Shown: positions 1-8,902 of the stretch, in pieces
Numbering within the stretch: the first letter of the stretch is position 1
How the letters are laid out: the number at the start of each line of letters is the position of its first letter
DNA from: a virus
Taxonomy: Duplodnaviria; Caudoviricetes
Direction: 5' to 3' (one strand)
Virus record (IMG/VR): IMGVR_UViG_3300035135_000701
Span: 1 to 32,686 of that record
DNA: 32,686 nt
Made by a program: the position numbers and the translations under genes
The notes under the pieces: generated by a model
Databases searched by the model: none
What the model was told of the DNA's origin: nothing
What the model saw: the letters and a program-made list of their open reading frames with translations, nothing else

Positions 1-299
1 AATCCAACGCTGTCATCATTGCGTCTTACGGTACGTTCTCCACGGGTATCAATATCAAAAAACTTCATAACGTTATCTTTGCGTCACCGTCCAAGTCGCG
101 GATTCGTAACCTGCAATCCATCGGGCGTGTGTTGAGAAAGTCTAAAGACAAACACGTTGCTACTCTGTATGATATCGCTGATGATATCACACGTGGTGAG
201 TGGAAGAATTTCACTTACAAACATTTTGAGGAGCGTGTCAGAATCTATCAAGAAGAAAGATTTGATTATGAAATTATCAAAGTCCGTTCCAAGTTTTAG
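1..299 (+). CDS. uvsW: UvsW RNA-DNA/DNA helicase, C-terminal part (5' truncated)
   Basis: Frame from nt 3 reads SNAVIIASYGTFSTGINIKKLHNVIFASPSKSRIRNLQSIGRVLRK (SF2 motifs V/VI of T4 UvsW); TAG at 297-299. Confidence 0.93.
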   Translation, partial: SNAVIIASYGTFSTGINIKKLHNVIFASPSKSRIRNLQSIGRVLRKSKDKHVATLYDIADDITRGEWKNFTYKHFEERVRIYQEERFDYEIIKVRSKF

Positions 300-302
300 C
301 GT

Positions 303-710
303 ATGATAGATCCCTTAGCAGAACCTTTTGTCGGTGTATTAAAACTAGTCACTGGAGAAGAACTGATCTCGCTCGTCGCGTGGTCCGAGGAGGACAACGT
401 TGTTATGTTACAGAATCCTATGTTGGTAGAAGAAGCAACATCGAAAGATGAGTTTTCTGTCATCAAAGGATTCAAACTTGACCTCTGGATAAAATCTGCT
501 ATGGATGAGGATGACTTTTTCTTAATGAATAGTGATAAGATACTAACCATTACAGAAGCAAACGAATCGATCGCGACCTTCTATCAGGAAAACATATCAA
601 TGGTTTTCCGCAAGGCAGGATCCAATCGCATCAAACCCTCACGCAATATGGGTTACTTAGGTTCAATTGATGATCACCGTAAGCTCTTTGAACGTCTCTA
701 CCGAAAGTAG
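303..710 (+). CDS. Conserved hypothetical protein, possible Sm-like fold
   Basis: 135 aa ORF between uvsW and gp55; N-terminal 'VLKLVTGEELIS' pattern typical of T4-like Sm-like hypotheticals. Confidence 0.75.
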   Translation: MIDPLAEPFVGVLKLVTGEELISLVAWSEEDNVVMLQNPMLVEEATSKDEFSVIKGFKLDLWIKSAMDEDDFFLMNSDKILTITEANESIATFYQENISMVFRKAGSNRIKPSRNMGYLGSIDDHRKLFERLYRK

Positions 711-739
711 CTCTGGTGTTTCTCAACAGCGACACTGTT

Positions 740-768
740 ATTATAGAGATATTTAGAGGGTCTGTCAA
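740..768 (-). promoter_or_regulatory. Antisense sigma70-type promoter TTGACA-N17-TATAAT with embedded TCTAAATA late-type box
   Basis: Reverse complement of 763-768 is TTGACA and of 740-745 is TATAAT, 17-nt spacer; reverse complement of 750-757 is TCTAAATA. Confidence 0.7.
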
Positions 769-815
769 GCTACCCCTAGATTTGTCACCTCGTCACTTCC
801 CTTTTACACATCTTG

Positions 816-824
816 TGTTATAAT
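816..824 (+). promoter_or_regulatory. Extended -10 promoter (TGnTATAAT) for gp55
   Basis: TGTTATAAT at 816-824, 22 nt before the gp55 ATG. Confidence 0.6.
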
Positions 825-846
825 ACTCACATCGAAAGAATCACAT

Positions 847-1338
847 ATGGCGAAAGTTAAAACCGAGTACTACGTAAACAATAAGGAATTTCTTGCCGCC
901 ATTGTGGAGTACCGAGAGAAAGTGCATTTCGCTAAAGAAAACGAATTGCCTCGTCCTCTCCTTCCCAATTACATTGCCGAGTGTTTTCTCAAGATTGCCA
1001 CTCATTTAAGTTATAAGCCTAACTTCGTGAACTATATGTTCCGTGAAGATATGGTTTGTGATGGCATTGAGAACTGTCTCCAGTATGTTGATAATTTCGA
1101 TCCTGCAAAGTCCAAGAATCCTTTCGCTTACTTTACCCAGATCATCTACTACGCCTTCTTACGTAGGATTCAGAAGGAGAAAAAACAACTTGAGATCCGT
1201 AGCAAGTTAATTGAACGCTGTGGTTACTCCGAGGTGTTGCACTCTGATCGGTTTGATGGTAGTATGTCAGGGATGAACGAATCCGATTCGGGACTCAACT
1301 CCATTAAAGAAAACATTGAAATTAGAATGTCGCGATGA
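847..1338 (+). CDS. gp55: Late transcription sigma factor gp55
   Basis: YVNNKEF, IATHLSYKPNFVNY, NFDPAKSKNPFAYFTQIIYYAFLRRIQKEKKQ motifs; synteny with gp47/46. Confidence 0.95.
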   Translation: MAKVKTEYYVNNKEFLAAIVEYREKVHFAKENELPRPLLPNYIAECFLKIATHLSYKPNFVNYMFREDMVCDGIENCLQYVDNFDPAKSKNPFAYFTQIIYYAFLRRIQKEKKQLEIRSKLIERCGYSEVLHSDRFDGSMSGMNESDSGLNSIKENIEIRMSR

Positions 1339-2381
1339 AGGTTGCCGTTATCACAGATCAGCACTTTGGTAGTCACAAGGGTAGTCAGATCTATCTCGAT
1401 TACTACAAGAGGTTCTACGATAACGTCTTCTTCCCTTACCTGAAGAAGCATAAAATCACAACCGTTCTCGACCTTGGCGATACTTTTGACAACCGCAAGA
1501 GTATCGACTTTGTTTCTCTTGAGTGGGCAAAGGAGAACTACTATGATGTTCTCCGCGATATGGGCATTACCGTCCATACCGTAGTCGGTAACCACACCGC
1601 ATATTACAAAAACACTAACAAGGTTAACACCGTTGAGTTATTGTTGAGTGAATATGATAACGTGGTAGTGTACAAGGAACCCACTGATGCCGAGATTGGT
1701 GGAACCAGTGTACTTTTTGTTCCCTGGATTTGCGCTGACAACTATGACCTGTCCATTAAGACGATTCGTAATTCCTCCTCGCGAGTTGCGATGGGTCATC
1801 TTGAGCTCAGTGGGTATCTTGCTCGCCCTGGATTCCGCTATGATAGTGGAATGGACGCTAACCTTTTTTCTGACTTTGATGTTGTCCTGAGCGGACACTT
1901 CCACCATAAGAATTCTAAGGGCAACGTTACTTACCTTGGTAACCCGTATCAGATGTACTGGAATGATCACGGTGACACCCGTGGTTTCCACATCTTTGAT
2001 ACAGAAACATTCAAAATTCGTATGGTTAAAAACCCATATGAAATTTTTGCAAAAATCTATTGGGATGATTCAGCAGACGCACCTGCACTGATCGAACCCA
2101 AAGATTATGCAAACAAGTATGTCAAGGTTATTGTTGAGCAAAAAACAAACTACGTAGACTTTGAGCATATGCTTAACAGTCTCTATGATGCAGGTGCTCT
2201 CGATGTAAAGGTTGTTGAGAAAGTTGGTGTGTTCGATGACCCCGAAGCGGAGGCAATCGATGTCAAAGACACACTGACTTTACTGGACGAATACCTTGAC
2301 GAAGTGACGCTAGAGGTAGATAAAACCGCACTTAAGAGTTTAATGAAATCGCTATATATTGAATCCTGTGAAGTAGCGTAG
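1335..2381 (+). CDS. gp47: Recombination endonuclease subunit gp47 (Mre11/SbcD-like)
   Basis: Metallophosphoesterase motifs TDQHFG, LGDTFD, VGNH, GHLE, SGHFH. Confidence 0.95.
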   Translation: MKVAVITDQHFGSHKGSQIYLDYYKRFYDNVFFPYLKKHKITTVLDLGDTFDNRKSIDFVSLEWAKENYYDVLRDMGITVHTVVGNHTAYYKNTNKVNTVELLLSEYDNVVVYKEPTDAEIGGTSVLFVPWICADNYDLSIKTIRNSSSRVAMGHLELSGYLARPGFRYDSGMDANLFSDFDVVLSGHFHHKNSKGNVTYLGNPYQMYWNDHGDTRGFHIFDTETFKIRMVKNPYEIFAKIYWDDSADAPALIEPKDYANKYVKVIVEQKTNYVDFEHMLNSLYDAGALDVKVVEKVGVFDDPEAEAIDVKDTLTLLDEYLDEVTLEVDKTALKSLMKSLYIESCEVA

Positions 2382-2686
2382 TGTTTATCATCACTCTAGA
2401 AGGTCACGAAGGAGAGGGCGCTTACGCTGTTCACGATGCTGACGGCGAAAACGTCCTCTATTTGTTTGTTGACAAGGATGATGCTATGCGGTATGCTGGG
2501 TTACTGGAAGCAGATGACTTCCCTCCAATGGCAGTTACTAGTATAGAAGATCAACAGGTTATTGCTACCTGCGAGAAAGTCAACTGTCGTTATAGTATAA
2601 TCACTCCTAACGATTTCGTAATCCCCCCTTCAGATAATGATCCTGTTCCAAAAGATCCGTTGGAAAAACCTCCTGAGCACGGGTGA
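2381..2686 (+). CDS. Hypothetical protein between gp47 and gp46
   Basis: 101 aa GTG-start ORF overlapping the gp47 stop. Confidence 0.7.
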   Translation: MFIITLEGHEGEGAYAVHDADGENVLYLFVDKDDAMRYAGLLEADDFPPMAVTSIEDQQVIATCEKVNCRYSIITPNDFVIPPSDNDPVPKDPLEKPPEHG

Positions 2687-4388
2687 TTCTTTCACTGAGG
2701 TTGACATCACATCTGCTAGAACAAATCTGATCATTGGCACCAACGGTGCAGGTAAGTCCACAATCCTGGATGCGTTTACTTTTGGATTGTTTGGAAAACC
2801 ATTCCGTAAAATTAATAAACCTCAACTAGTAAACAGTGTCAACGAAAAGGGCACCCTGGTTGAGATCGAATTCACTATCGGTCGCAAAGAGTTCTTGGTG
2901 CGACGTGGTATCAAACCAAACATCTTCGAGATCTATTGCAACGGTCAGATGTATGACCAGAATAGTTCTGCAGTAGATCAGCAGAAGAACTTCGAGCAGA
3001 ACGTTCTCAAACTTAACTACAAATCTTTTACCCAAATCGTTGTCTTGGGAAGCAGTACGTTCGTACCCTTTATGCGTCTGCCCCTGGCACAGCGTAGAGA
3101 AATCATTGAAGATCTCCTAGATATTAATGTGTTCTCTTCTATGAACGAAGTCCTTAAAGTTCGTCTTAAAGAAATTAAGGATGCTGTGCGTACGCACGAA
3201 CTTAACACGCAAAGTGTAAAGGAGAAGATCGAACTTCAAAAAGGTTTCATTAATAATCTGGAGGTCAAGAAGAATAAGGATATTGAGCAGAAGAAAAGTC
3301 AACTTCGTGAAGTCCTAGATCAACAGGATAATTGTCGCGCAAAAATTGTGGACGCCACACAAATGATTGCCGAGATCAATGAAAAGATTGTCGCTCTCAA
3401 CAACCCCGAGAAGCGCCGCAGTGATTTGCGTGATCTGTCAATGAAGTTGAAGCGTAGGGTTACCAAGATTACTGGTGATAAAAAATTCTACGAAGACAGT
3501 GCTAACTGTCCCACTTGCAAACAGTCAATAAGTCAGGAGTTTAAGCTTGAACAAATCTCCGCACTCGATAGTAAGATCAGAGAAGTCGAGACAGCGTTTG
3601 CTGATATCGATCAACGCCTTGCTGAAGTTGTTTCACCATTAGAAGCACTGCAAGAATATACTGATGGTATCCGTCAGTGCACTGAAGTTACTTACACTCA
3701 GGAGGGGGTGATTACTACTCTAGACGGTCAGCGGAGAGTGCTGCAGCGCGAGATCAAAGATCTTGTAGACGACAGCACTTCCGTCAAAGAGGAAGCTAAG
3801 AAACTTCTCGAAATGACCGAATCTCTCAAAACCGTGACTAACTCTCTTGTAGAGTCGCGTAAGCAACTGGACCTGCATATCACCGCAGGTCTTCTCTTGA
3901 AGGACTCTGGTATTAAGACACGCATCATCAAGAAGTATCTTCCTGTGATGAATAAACTTATTAACCAGTACCTCAATAAGTTGCAATTCTTCTGTAACTT
4001 TACCTTAGATGAAGAGTTTAAGGAAGTGATGAAGTCGCGGTATATTGATGAGTTCTCTTATGAAAATTTCTCCGAAGGAGAGAAAGCTCGTATTGATATC
4101 AGTTTGCTGCTCACTTGGCGTGGTATTGCTAAGCTTAAGAATAGCGTGGATACTAACCTCCTCATTCTCGACGAGATCTTTGACGGATCTCTTGACACAG
4201 TAGGATCAGATGAGTTATCATTTATCCTCAGGACGTTTAATGATAAATCTAATGTGTATGTTATCTCACACAGAGATAACCTCACTGACAAATTCCAACG
4301 TGTGCTGCAGTTCTCCAAACCTCAAAACTTTTCCAAGTTGGAAGTTTTGGAAGCAGGTGGTCCACAATCTATACCTCAAGGAGAATAA
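2637..4388 (+). CDS. gp46: Recombination ATPase subunit gp46 (Rad50/SbcC-like)
   Basis: Walker A GTNGAGKS, coiled coils with CPTC zinc hook, signature FSEGEK, Walker B LILDEIFD, ISH. Confidence 0.96.
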   Translation: MILFQKIRWKNLLSTGDSFTEVDITSARTNLIIGTNGAGKSTILDAFTFGLFGKPFRKINKPQLVNSVNEKGTLVEIEFTIGRKEFLVRRGIKPNIFEIYCNGQMYDQNSSAVDQQKNFEQNVLKLNYKSFTQIVVLGSSTFVPFMRLPLAQRREIIEDLLDINVFSSMNEVLKVRLKEIKDAVRTHELNTQSVKEKIELQKGFINNLEVKKNKDIEQKKSQLREVLDQQDNCRAKIVDATQMIAEINEKIVALNNPEKRRSDLRDLSMKLKRRVTKITGDKKFYEDSANCPTCKQSISQEFKLEQISALDSKIREVETAFADIDQRLAEVVSPLEALQEYTDGIRQCTEVTYTQEGVITTLDGQRRVLQREIKDLVDDSTSVKEEAKKLLEMTESLKTVTNSLVESRKQLDLHITAGLLLKDSGIKTRIIKKYLPVMNKLINQYLNKLQFFCNFTLDEEFKEVMKSRYIDEFSYENFSEGEKARIDISLLLTWRGIAKLKNSVDTNLLILDEIFDGSLDTVGSDELSFILRTFNDKSNVYVISHRDNLTDKFQRVLQFSKPQNFSKLEVLEAGGPQSIPQGE

Positions 4389-4573
4389 TGGTTTCTGAAC
4401 AAGTAAAACAATCCCTCGAAGAAGCATCGCACCACTTGCGCGAAGCACTTGCATTTGCAGCACGATCGGAAAGTCCTTTTGTTGTTAAGAGTATTGGAGA
4501 GATGATCTTCAACGCTGAGCATATCCAAGAGGTAGATGAACTCTTGCACAGTCTTGACGACGACGATGTTTGA
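4388..4573 (+). CDS. Small hypothetical protein
   Basis: 61 aa ORF with AGGAG SD, coupled to the gp46 stop (TAATG). Confidence 0.7.
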   Translation: MVSEQVKQSLEEASHHLREALAFAARSESPFVVKSIGEMIFNAEHIQEVDELLHSLDDDDV

Positions 4574-5153
4574 TTATCTTCCAGTATTTGCAACCCCATT
4601 TTTTAAAGGGCATCTTGAGGTTCCTCAGGGTGCTCTAATTTATTGGGAAGAGATGGCCGCGACTGAAGGTCGCAACAAATCTAATCGTGGTGGATGGCAA
4701 TCTAAAGAATGCATTGGTGGACCGTTTGCTATAGAGTTGCAAACTTATCTTCAGAAAGCATTCCCGAACTTTGATGTTGCATCGATGTGGGTCAACGTCA
4801 ACCGTCCTGGTGATGAGAATGTTCCTCACATACATCCTGGTTCGGACCTCGCCTTTGCCTGGTACCTGACAGACTCCGAGGGATTAAAGGTACAGAATCC
4901 AAATATATTCCAACAGTTTAATCTTCTTCGCGAGTTTTCGCATCGAGAAGGAAACGTATATGAATCGATCGATTTTAATTTTGCTGCAGGAGACATCGTA
5001 GTCTTCCCCTCTCACTGCGTGCATAGTGTCAATCCGAATAGTGGCACAACAAATCGCGTATCGATGTCGGGTAACCTAAAATGGAATCCAAGAACAGCGG
5101 AGACCAATGCAACAGCAAATCAAGGGCAACTTAGCCAAGCTCTTAGCGAGTGA
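4566..5153 (+). CDS. Putative 2OG-Fe(II) oxygenase (TIGR02466-like)
   Basis: SNRGGWQS, MWVNVN, PHIHPGS, VVFPSHCVHSV, RVSMSGN motifs; ATG 4566 preferred to 4536. Confidence 0.8.
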   Translation: MFDYLPVFATPFFKGHLEVPQGALIYWEEMAATEGRNKSNRGGWQSKECIGGPFAIELQTYLQKAFPNFDVASMWVNVNRPGDENVPHIHPGSDLAFAWYLTDSEGLKVQNPNIFQQFNLLREFSHREGNVYESIDFNFAAGDIVVFPSHCVHSVNPNSGTTNRVSMSGNLKWNPRTAETNATANQGQLSQALSE

Positions 5154-7188
5154 GAACCTTCTGGTTCAGCACAAGGCAGTCAAGACTGCTTCCTTTGATG
5201 TTCACAACCGTGTTCTGACGCTGCCCATCTGGAACGGTCTGTCCAACACCGTATACGATCTCTTGGTAGGTCACGAGGTTGGACACGCCCTGTTCACTCC
5301 TGACCGTGATATGACTGACCTTGGTGCTCCCAAGGATTATGTGAACGTCACTGAGGACGTACGCATCGAAAAACTGATGAAGCGTAAGTACCTGGGTCTC
5401 CGCAAAGATTTCTGGAATGGGTACCGCGAACTGCATCAGAAAGATTTCTTTAGCGTCCTTGGTGTTGACCTAGACGAGATGTCCCTTGCTGACCGTGTAA
5501 ACCTGCACTTCAAAATCGGTCACTTTATCGAGATCGCTTTCGATGGTGCTGAACTGGAACTGATCTCGGAGATCGAATCTGCTGAGACTTTTGAAGATGC
5601 TGTAGAAGCAGCGAAGAAAATGTACGCTCTGCACCAGGAGCAGAAGCAGCAGGAGCAACTCCCTGTACCTCCTAGCAGCAGTCCTGACGGTCGTCAGGGT
5701 GATACCACCCCTCAGGACTCCTCAGAGGACGCTGAGGACCAGCAGGAGGGCGATGCTGACGGCGAAGGTGAGGAGACCCTAGGTGATGGTTCTTGCGGTT
5801 CCTACGGTCTCGATGAGGACACTGTGGAAACTGCTGAAGCTTTTGACAATGCTCTCAAGGATCGTGCTTCTGATAACAAGTACGATGAAAATGTCATCAT
5901 TGAATATCCTAAGGTCTCTCTTGATCAGCTTGTTGTTAGCAACCAGAAGTTCCTTGAGTATTGCCGTGACCACTACAAGTTGCGTGATGATTATGTTGTC
6001 GAATCTGCTAGCAGTGAGTTCTTGAAGTATCGCAAGTCTGCTGCACGTGAGGTAAACTATCTCGTCAAGGAATTTGAGTGCAAGAAGTCTGCTGCAGCAT
6101 ATGCTCGTTCTAGCACTGCCCGCACTGGAGTTCTTGATACCGCTAAACTCCACACGTTCAAATACAACGAAGATCTTTTCAAGAAGATCACCATCACTCC
6201 TGATGGTAAGAATCACGGTTTGGTTGCTTTGGTTGACTGGTCTGGTTCTATCGGTAACGTTTGTTATGCGATGGTCAAGCAACTTCTGAACATCGCTTGG
6301 TTCTGTCGCAAAGCACAGATTCCTTTCAATGCATATCTGTTTACAACTGAGTGTCCTAACGAGAATAAGATTTCTCGTGACGAACCTCTGAAGTTTGCTT
6401 TCGGGGATTCTTTCTCTCTGATCAACGTCATCACAACTGATCTTCCCGCACGACAGTTTGAGGAGCAGCTGCGGTATCTGTTCTATCTCGGTGCATTCTT
6501 CAGTAGCTACAATGCCAACAGCGTGTTCCCTTATGCACGTCAACTGTCAATTCCTTTCGGAATGTCTCTCGGTGGTACCCCGCTGAACGATGGAATCGTA
6601 GCGATGCACACTGTGCTGCCTTGGTTCCGTAAGAAGTATGGTGTAGAGAAACTGAATCTGATTGTCTTGACTGACGGTGAAGCAAATGCTGGTGGTTTCA
6701 CTACAGAAAATCGTGCGTACCAAGATCCTGGTCGCTTCTATTGCCGCCAGTTGGAAGGTCGCGCACAACTTCGTAACCGTAAACTGGGTATTGTTTATCC
6801 TTGTTTTAATCAGGGATACCTTGGTAACACTGCAATCTTCATCGAAGATCTTAAGAATACTTTCCCAGGTATGAACGTGGTATGCTTCCGTCTGGTTGAA
6901 ACTCGTGACGTTGCTGGATGGTGTCGTGCTGCCCAACATCACATTGTTATTAATGATCTTGATGTTTTCCGTAAGAAAGTACAGAAAGACAAAACAACTG
7001 TTTTCAATAATGTACTTGGTTATGACGCCTTTTATCTTATAACTACTAAGTCACTCACTTTGGATACTGATTTTGTTGTCGATGACAACGCTAGTAAAAC
7101 TCAGATCCGTTCCGCCTTTAAGAAATCTCTGGGCAACAAAGCAGTGAACAAGAAAATCCTGTCGTCATTCGTCTCTATGGTCAGTTGA
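5107..7188 (+). CDS. Metallopeptidase-like + VWA domain protein (CobT-like partner of phage CobS)
   Basis: N-terminal HEVGH zinc motif, acidic linker, MIDAS DWSGS...GGTPL...LTDGE. Confidence 0.85.
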   Translation: MQQQIKGNLAKLLASENLLVQHKAVKTASFDVHNRVLTLPIWNGLSNTVYDLLVGHEVGHALFTPDRDMTDLGAPKDYVNVTEDVRIEKLMKRKYLGLRKDFWNGYRELHQKDFFSVLGVDLDEMSLADRVNLHFKIGHFIEIAFDGAELELISEIESAETFEDAVEAAKKMYALHQEQKQQEQLPVPPSSSPDGRQGDTTPQDSSEDAEDQQEGDADGEGEETLGDGSCGSYGLDEDTVETAEAFDNALKDRASDNKYDENVIIEYPKVSLDQLVVSNQKFLEYCRDHYKLRDDYVVESASSEFLKYRKSAAREVNYLVKEFECKKSAAAYARSSTARTGVLDTAKLHTFKYNEDLFKKITITPDGKNHGLVALVDWSGSIGNVCYAMVKQLLNIAWFCRKAQIPFNAYLFTTECPNENKISRDEPLKFAFGDSFSLINVITTDLPARQFEEQLRYLFYLGAFFSSYNANSVFPYARQLSIPFGMSLGGTPLNDGIVAMHTVLPWFRKKYGVEKLNLIVLTDGEANAGGFTTENRAYQDPGRFYCRQLEGRAQLRNRKLGIVYPCFNQGYLGNTAIFIEDLKNTFPGMNVVCFRLVETRDVAGWCRAAQHHIVINDLDVFRKKVQKDKTTVFNNVLGYDAFYLITTKSLTLDTDFVVDDNASKTQIRSAFKKSLGNKAVNKKILSSFVSMVS

Positions 7189-7193
7189 GCATC

Positions 7194-7235
7194 TGTCCAC
7201 ATATGGGTGGCGAGACCACCCTCTTCCCTTATAAT
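7194..7235 (+). promoter_or_regulatory. Promoter region for cobS: TGTCCAC box, GGGTGG/CCACCC hairpin, TATAAT
   Basis: TGTCCAC 7194-7200, inverted repeat 7205-7221, TATAAT 7230-7235. Confidence 0.5.
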
Positions 7236-7258
7236 AGTTTCATACAACACAAGGCACA

Positions 7259-8323
7259 ATGAACATCGTCTCTGATCTCCGCGACCAGTATGGTACTGAG
7301 ATTACCGCTACTGAAGTCAAGAAGTATGCACGTGAGGCAGGTGTTTCTTACCCTACCATCACTCGCAAACTTGAGCAATATAAAGTCAAGCGTGGTACTT
7401 GGAACCTGACTGTAACTGAAGCACGTGAGCAGTTTGAGCACCAGATTCAACTGCCTGCTGCTAACCAAGAGAAGCAAGGTCTGGTTCCTACCACGGACAG
7501 TAACTTTGTTCCCTTCGGTAACTTCAACCGTATCAAAAAAATCCTGAAGTCTAATCTCTTCTACCCTCTGTTCATCACTGGTCTATCTGGTAACGGCAAG
7601 ACTTTCGGTGTTGAGCAAGCTTGCGCACAACTTAACCGTGAACTAATTCGTGTCAACATTACTATCGAAACTGACGAAGACGATCTCATCGGTGGTTTCA
7701 GGTTGGTTGACGGTAATACTGTTTGGCACAACGGTCCTGTTGTCGATGCTCTGGAGAGGGGTTCTGTTCTCCTGCTTGACGAGATTGACCTCGCTTCTAA
7801 CAAAATTCTGTGCCTTCAGAGCATCCTTGAAGGCAAAGGGGTGTTCCTCAAAAAAATCGGACGTTGGGTCTCTCCTGCTAAAGGGTTCACGGTGGTTGCT
7901 ACCGCTAACACGAAAGGTAAGGGTTCTGATGACGGTCGGTTTGTGGGCACGAATGTCCTCAACGAAGCGTTCCTGGAAAGATTCCCGCTGACCTTCGAGC
8001 AAGAGTATCCTTCTATTGCTGTTGAGCAAAAGATCCTGAACAAGATCTGTAGTGATGAAGAATTCACTAAGCGTCTTGCTGACTGGGCTGACATCATCCG
8101 CAAGACTTTCTATGATGGTGGTATCGATGAGTTGATCTCTACCCGTCGCCTGGTGCACATTGTGCAGGCATTCAATATCTTTAACGATCGCTTGGAAGCA
8201 GTGCAACTGTGTCTGAATCGTTTCGATGATGAAACCAAGCAGGCATTCCTGGACCTGTACTCCAAGGTTGACGACAAAGTTGAACTTGAGGATGACACTG
8301 TTGAGGTTTACAATGGGGCGTGA
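7259..8323 (+). CDS. cobS: MoxR-like AAA+ ATPase (phage 'CobS')
   Basis: Walker A GLSGNGKT, Walker B LLLDEID, TANTKG sensor, AFLERF arginine finger. Confidence 0.9.
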   Translation: MNIVSDLRDQYGTEITATEVKKYAREAGVSYPTITRKLEQYKVKRGTWNLTVTEAREQFEHQIQLPAANQEKQGLVPTTDSNFVPFGNFNRIKKILKSNLFYPLFITGLSGNGKTFGVEQACAQLNRELIRVNITIETDEDDLIGGFRLVDGNTVWHNGPVVDALERGSVLLLDEIDLASNKILCLQSILEGKGVFLKKIGRWVSPAKGFTVVATANTKGKGSDDGRFVGTNVLNEAFLERFPLTFEQEYPSIAVEQKILNKICSDEEFTKRLADWADIIRKTFYDGGIDELISTRRLVHIVQAFNIFNDRLEAVQLCLNRFDDETKQAFLDLYSKVDDKVELEDDTVEVYNGA

Positions 8324-8329
8324 TATAAT
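8301..8329 (+). promoter_or_regulatory. Possible sigma70 promoter TTGAGG-N17-TATAAT (extended -10)
   Basis: TTGAGG 8301-8306; TGATATAAT 8321-8329. Confidence 0.4.
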
Positions 8330-8621
8330 CGAACTACCTACATCCTTTACACACAAACCTCCCAATGGATACCGATACGAGGTCATTCGCAAAAATGCTT
8401 CTCTACTTGCAATTTGGTCTGTTTGCAACCCTGGGTATGTTTATAATGACGGCGCTGACGTTCGTTGTATCTGGGGATTCTACAAACCCAAGTCAGACAC
8501 CTACTACAGTCCAGTCAACTCAAAAAAAGTCGGCAACACCATAAAATTTGAAGACACTACGCCTTACACGGCGATGCCTAAACCCAAGGTCAAAATTTCT
8601 ATCCTTGATTTTTTACAATGA
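8313..8621 (+). CDS. Hypothetical protein
   Basis: ORF 8226-8621; ATG 8313 overlapping the cobS end with GAGG upstream is the likelier start. Confidence 0.65.
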   Translation: MGRDIIELPTSFTHKPPNGYRYEVIRKNASLLAIWSVCNPGYVYNDGADVRCIWGFYKPKSDTYYSPVNSKKVGNTIKFEDTTPYTAMPKPKVKISILDFLQ

Positions 8622-8902
8622 ACAAATACAATGAAAAACAAATTCTCGATGAAGTACGTGACTACATCATTGGCACTTACCAGCAACATTATTCATCTGG
8701 TAATGACCAGATCCAAACCCTGGATCTGATTGAAGCTTGTGGTGATGCAGAAGCATTCTGCCGCAGCAACATCCTGAAGTATGCCTCTCGTTATGATAAG
8801 AAGGGCACTGCACGTCGTGACATTATGAAGATCCTGCACTATGCTGTTCTTCTAATGCATTTCAGCGACAAGACCGACGTAACCGAGACCTATCCTCAAT
8901 GA
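8618..8902 (+). CDS. Conserved hypothetical protein (DUF3310-like)
   Basis: QHY...FCRSNILKYASRYDKKG...DIMKILHYA pattern; ATGA coupling at both ends. Confidence 0.75.
   Translation: MNKYNEKQILDEVRDYIIGTYQQHYSSGNDQIQTLDLIEACGDAEAFCRSNILKYASRYDKKGTARRDIMKILHYAVLLMHFSDKTDVTETYPQ

Noticed and set aside
296-550. 84-aa minus-strand ORF as target of the antisense promoter
   Set aside because: Ser-rich shadow of the 303-710 gene, about 180 nt from the predicted TSS, no SD
7259-8323. Cobalamin-biosynthesis auxiliary gene
   Set aside because: No cobN or other cob genes nearby; partner has a peptidase motif; generic MoxR/VWA pair more likely
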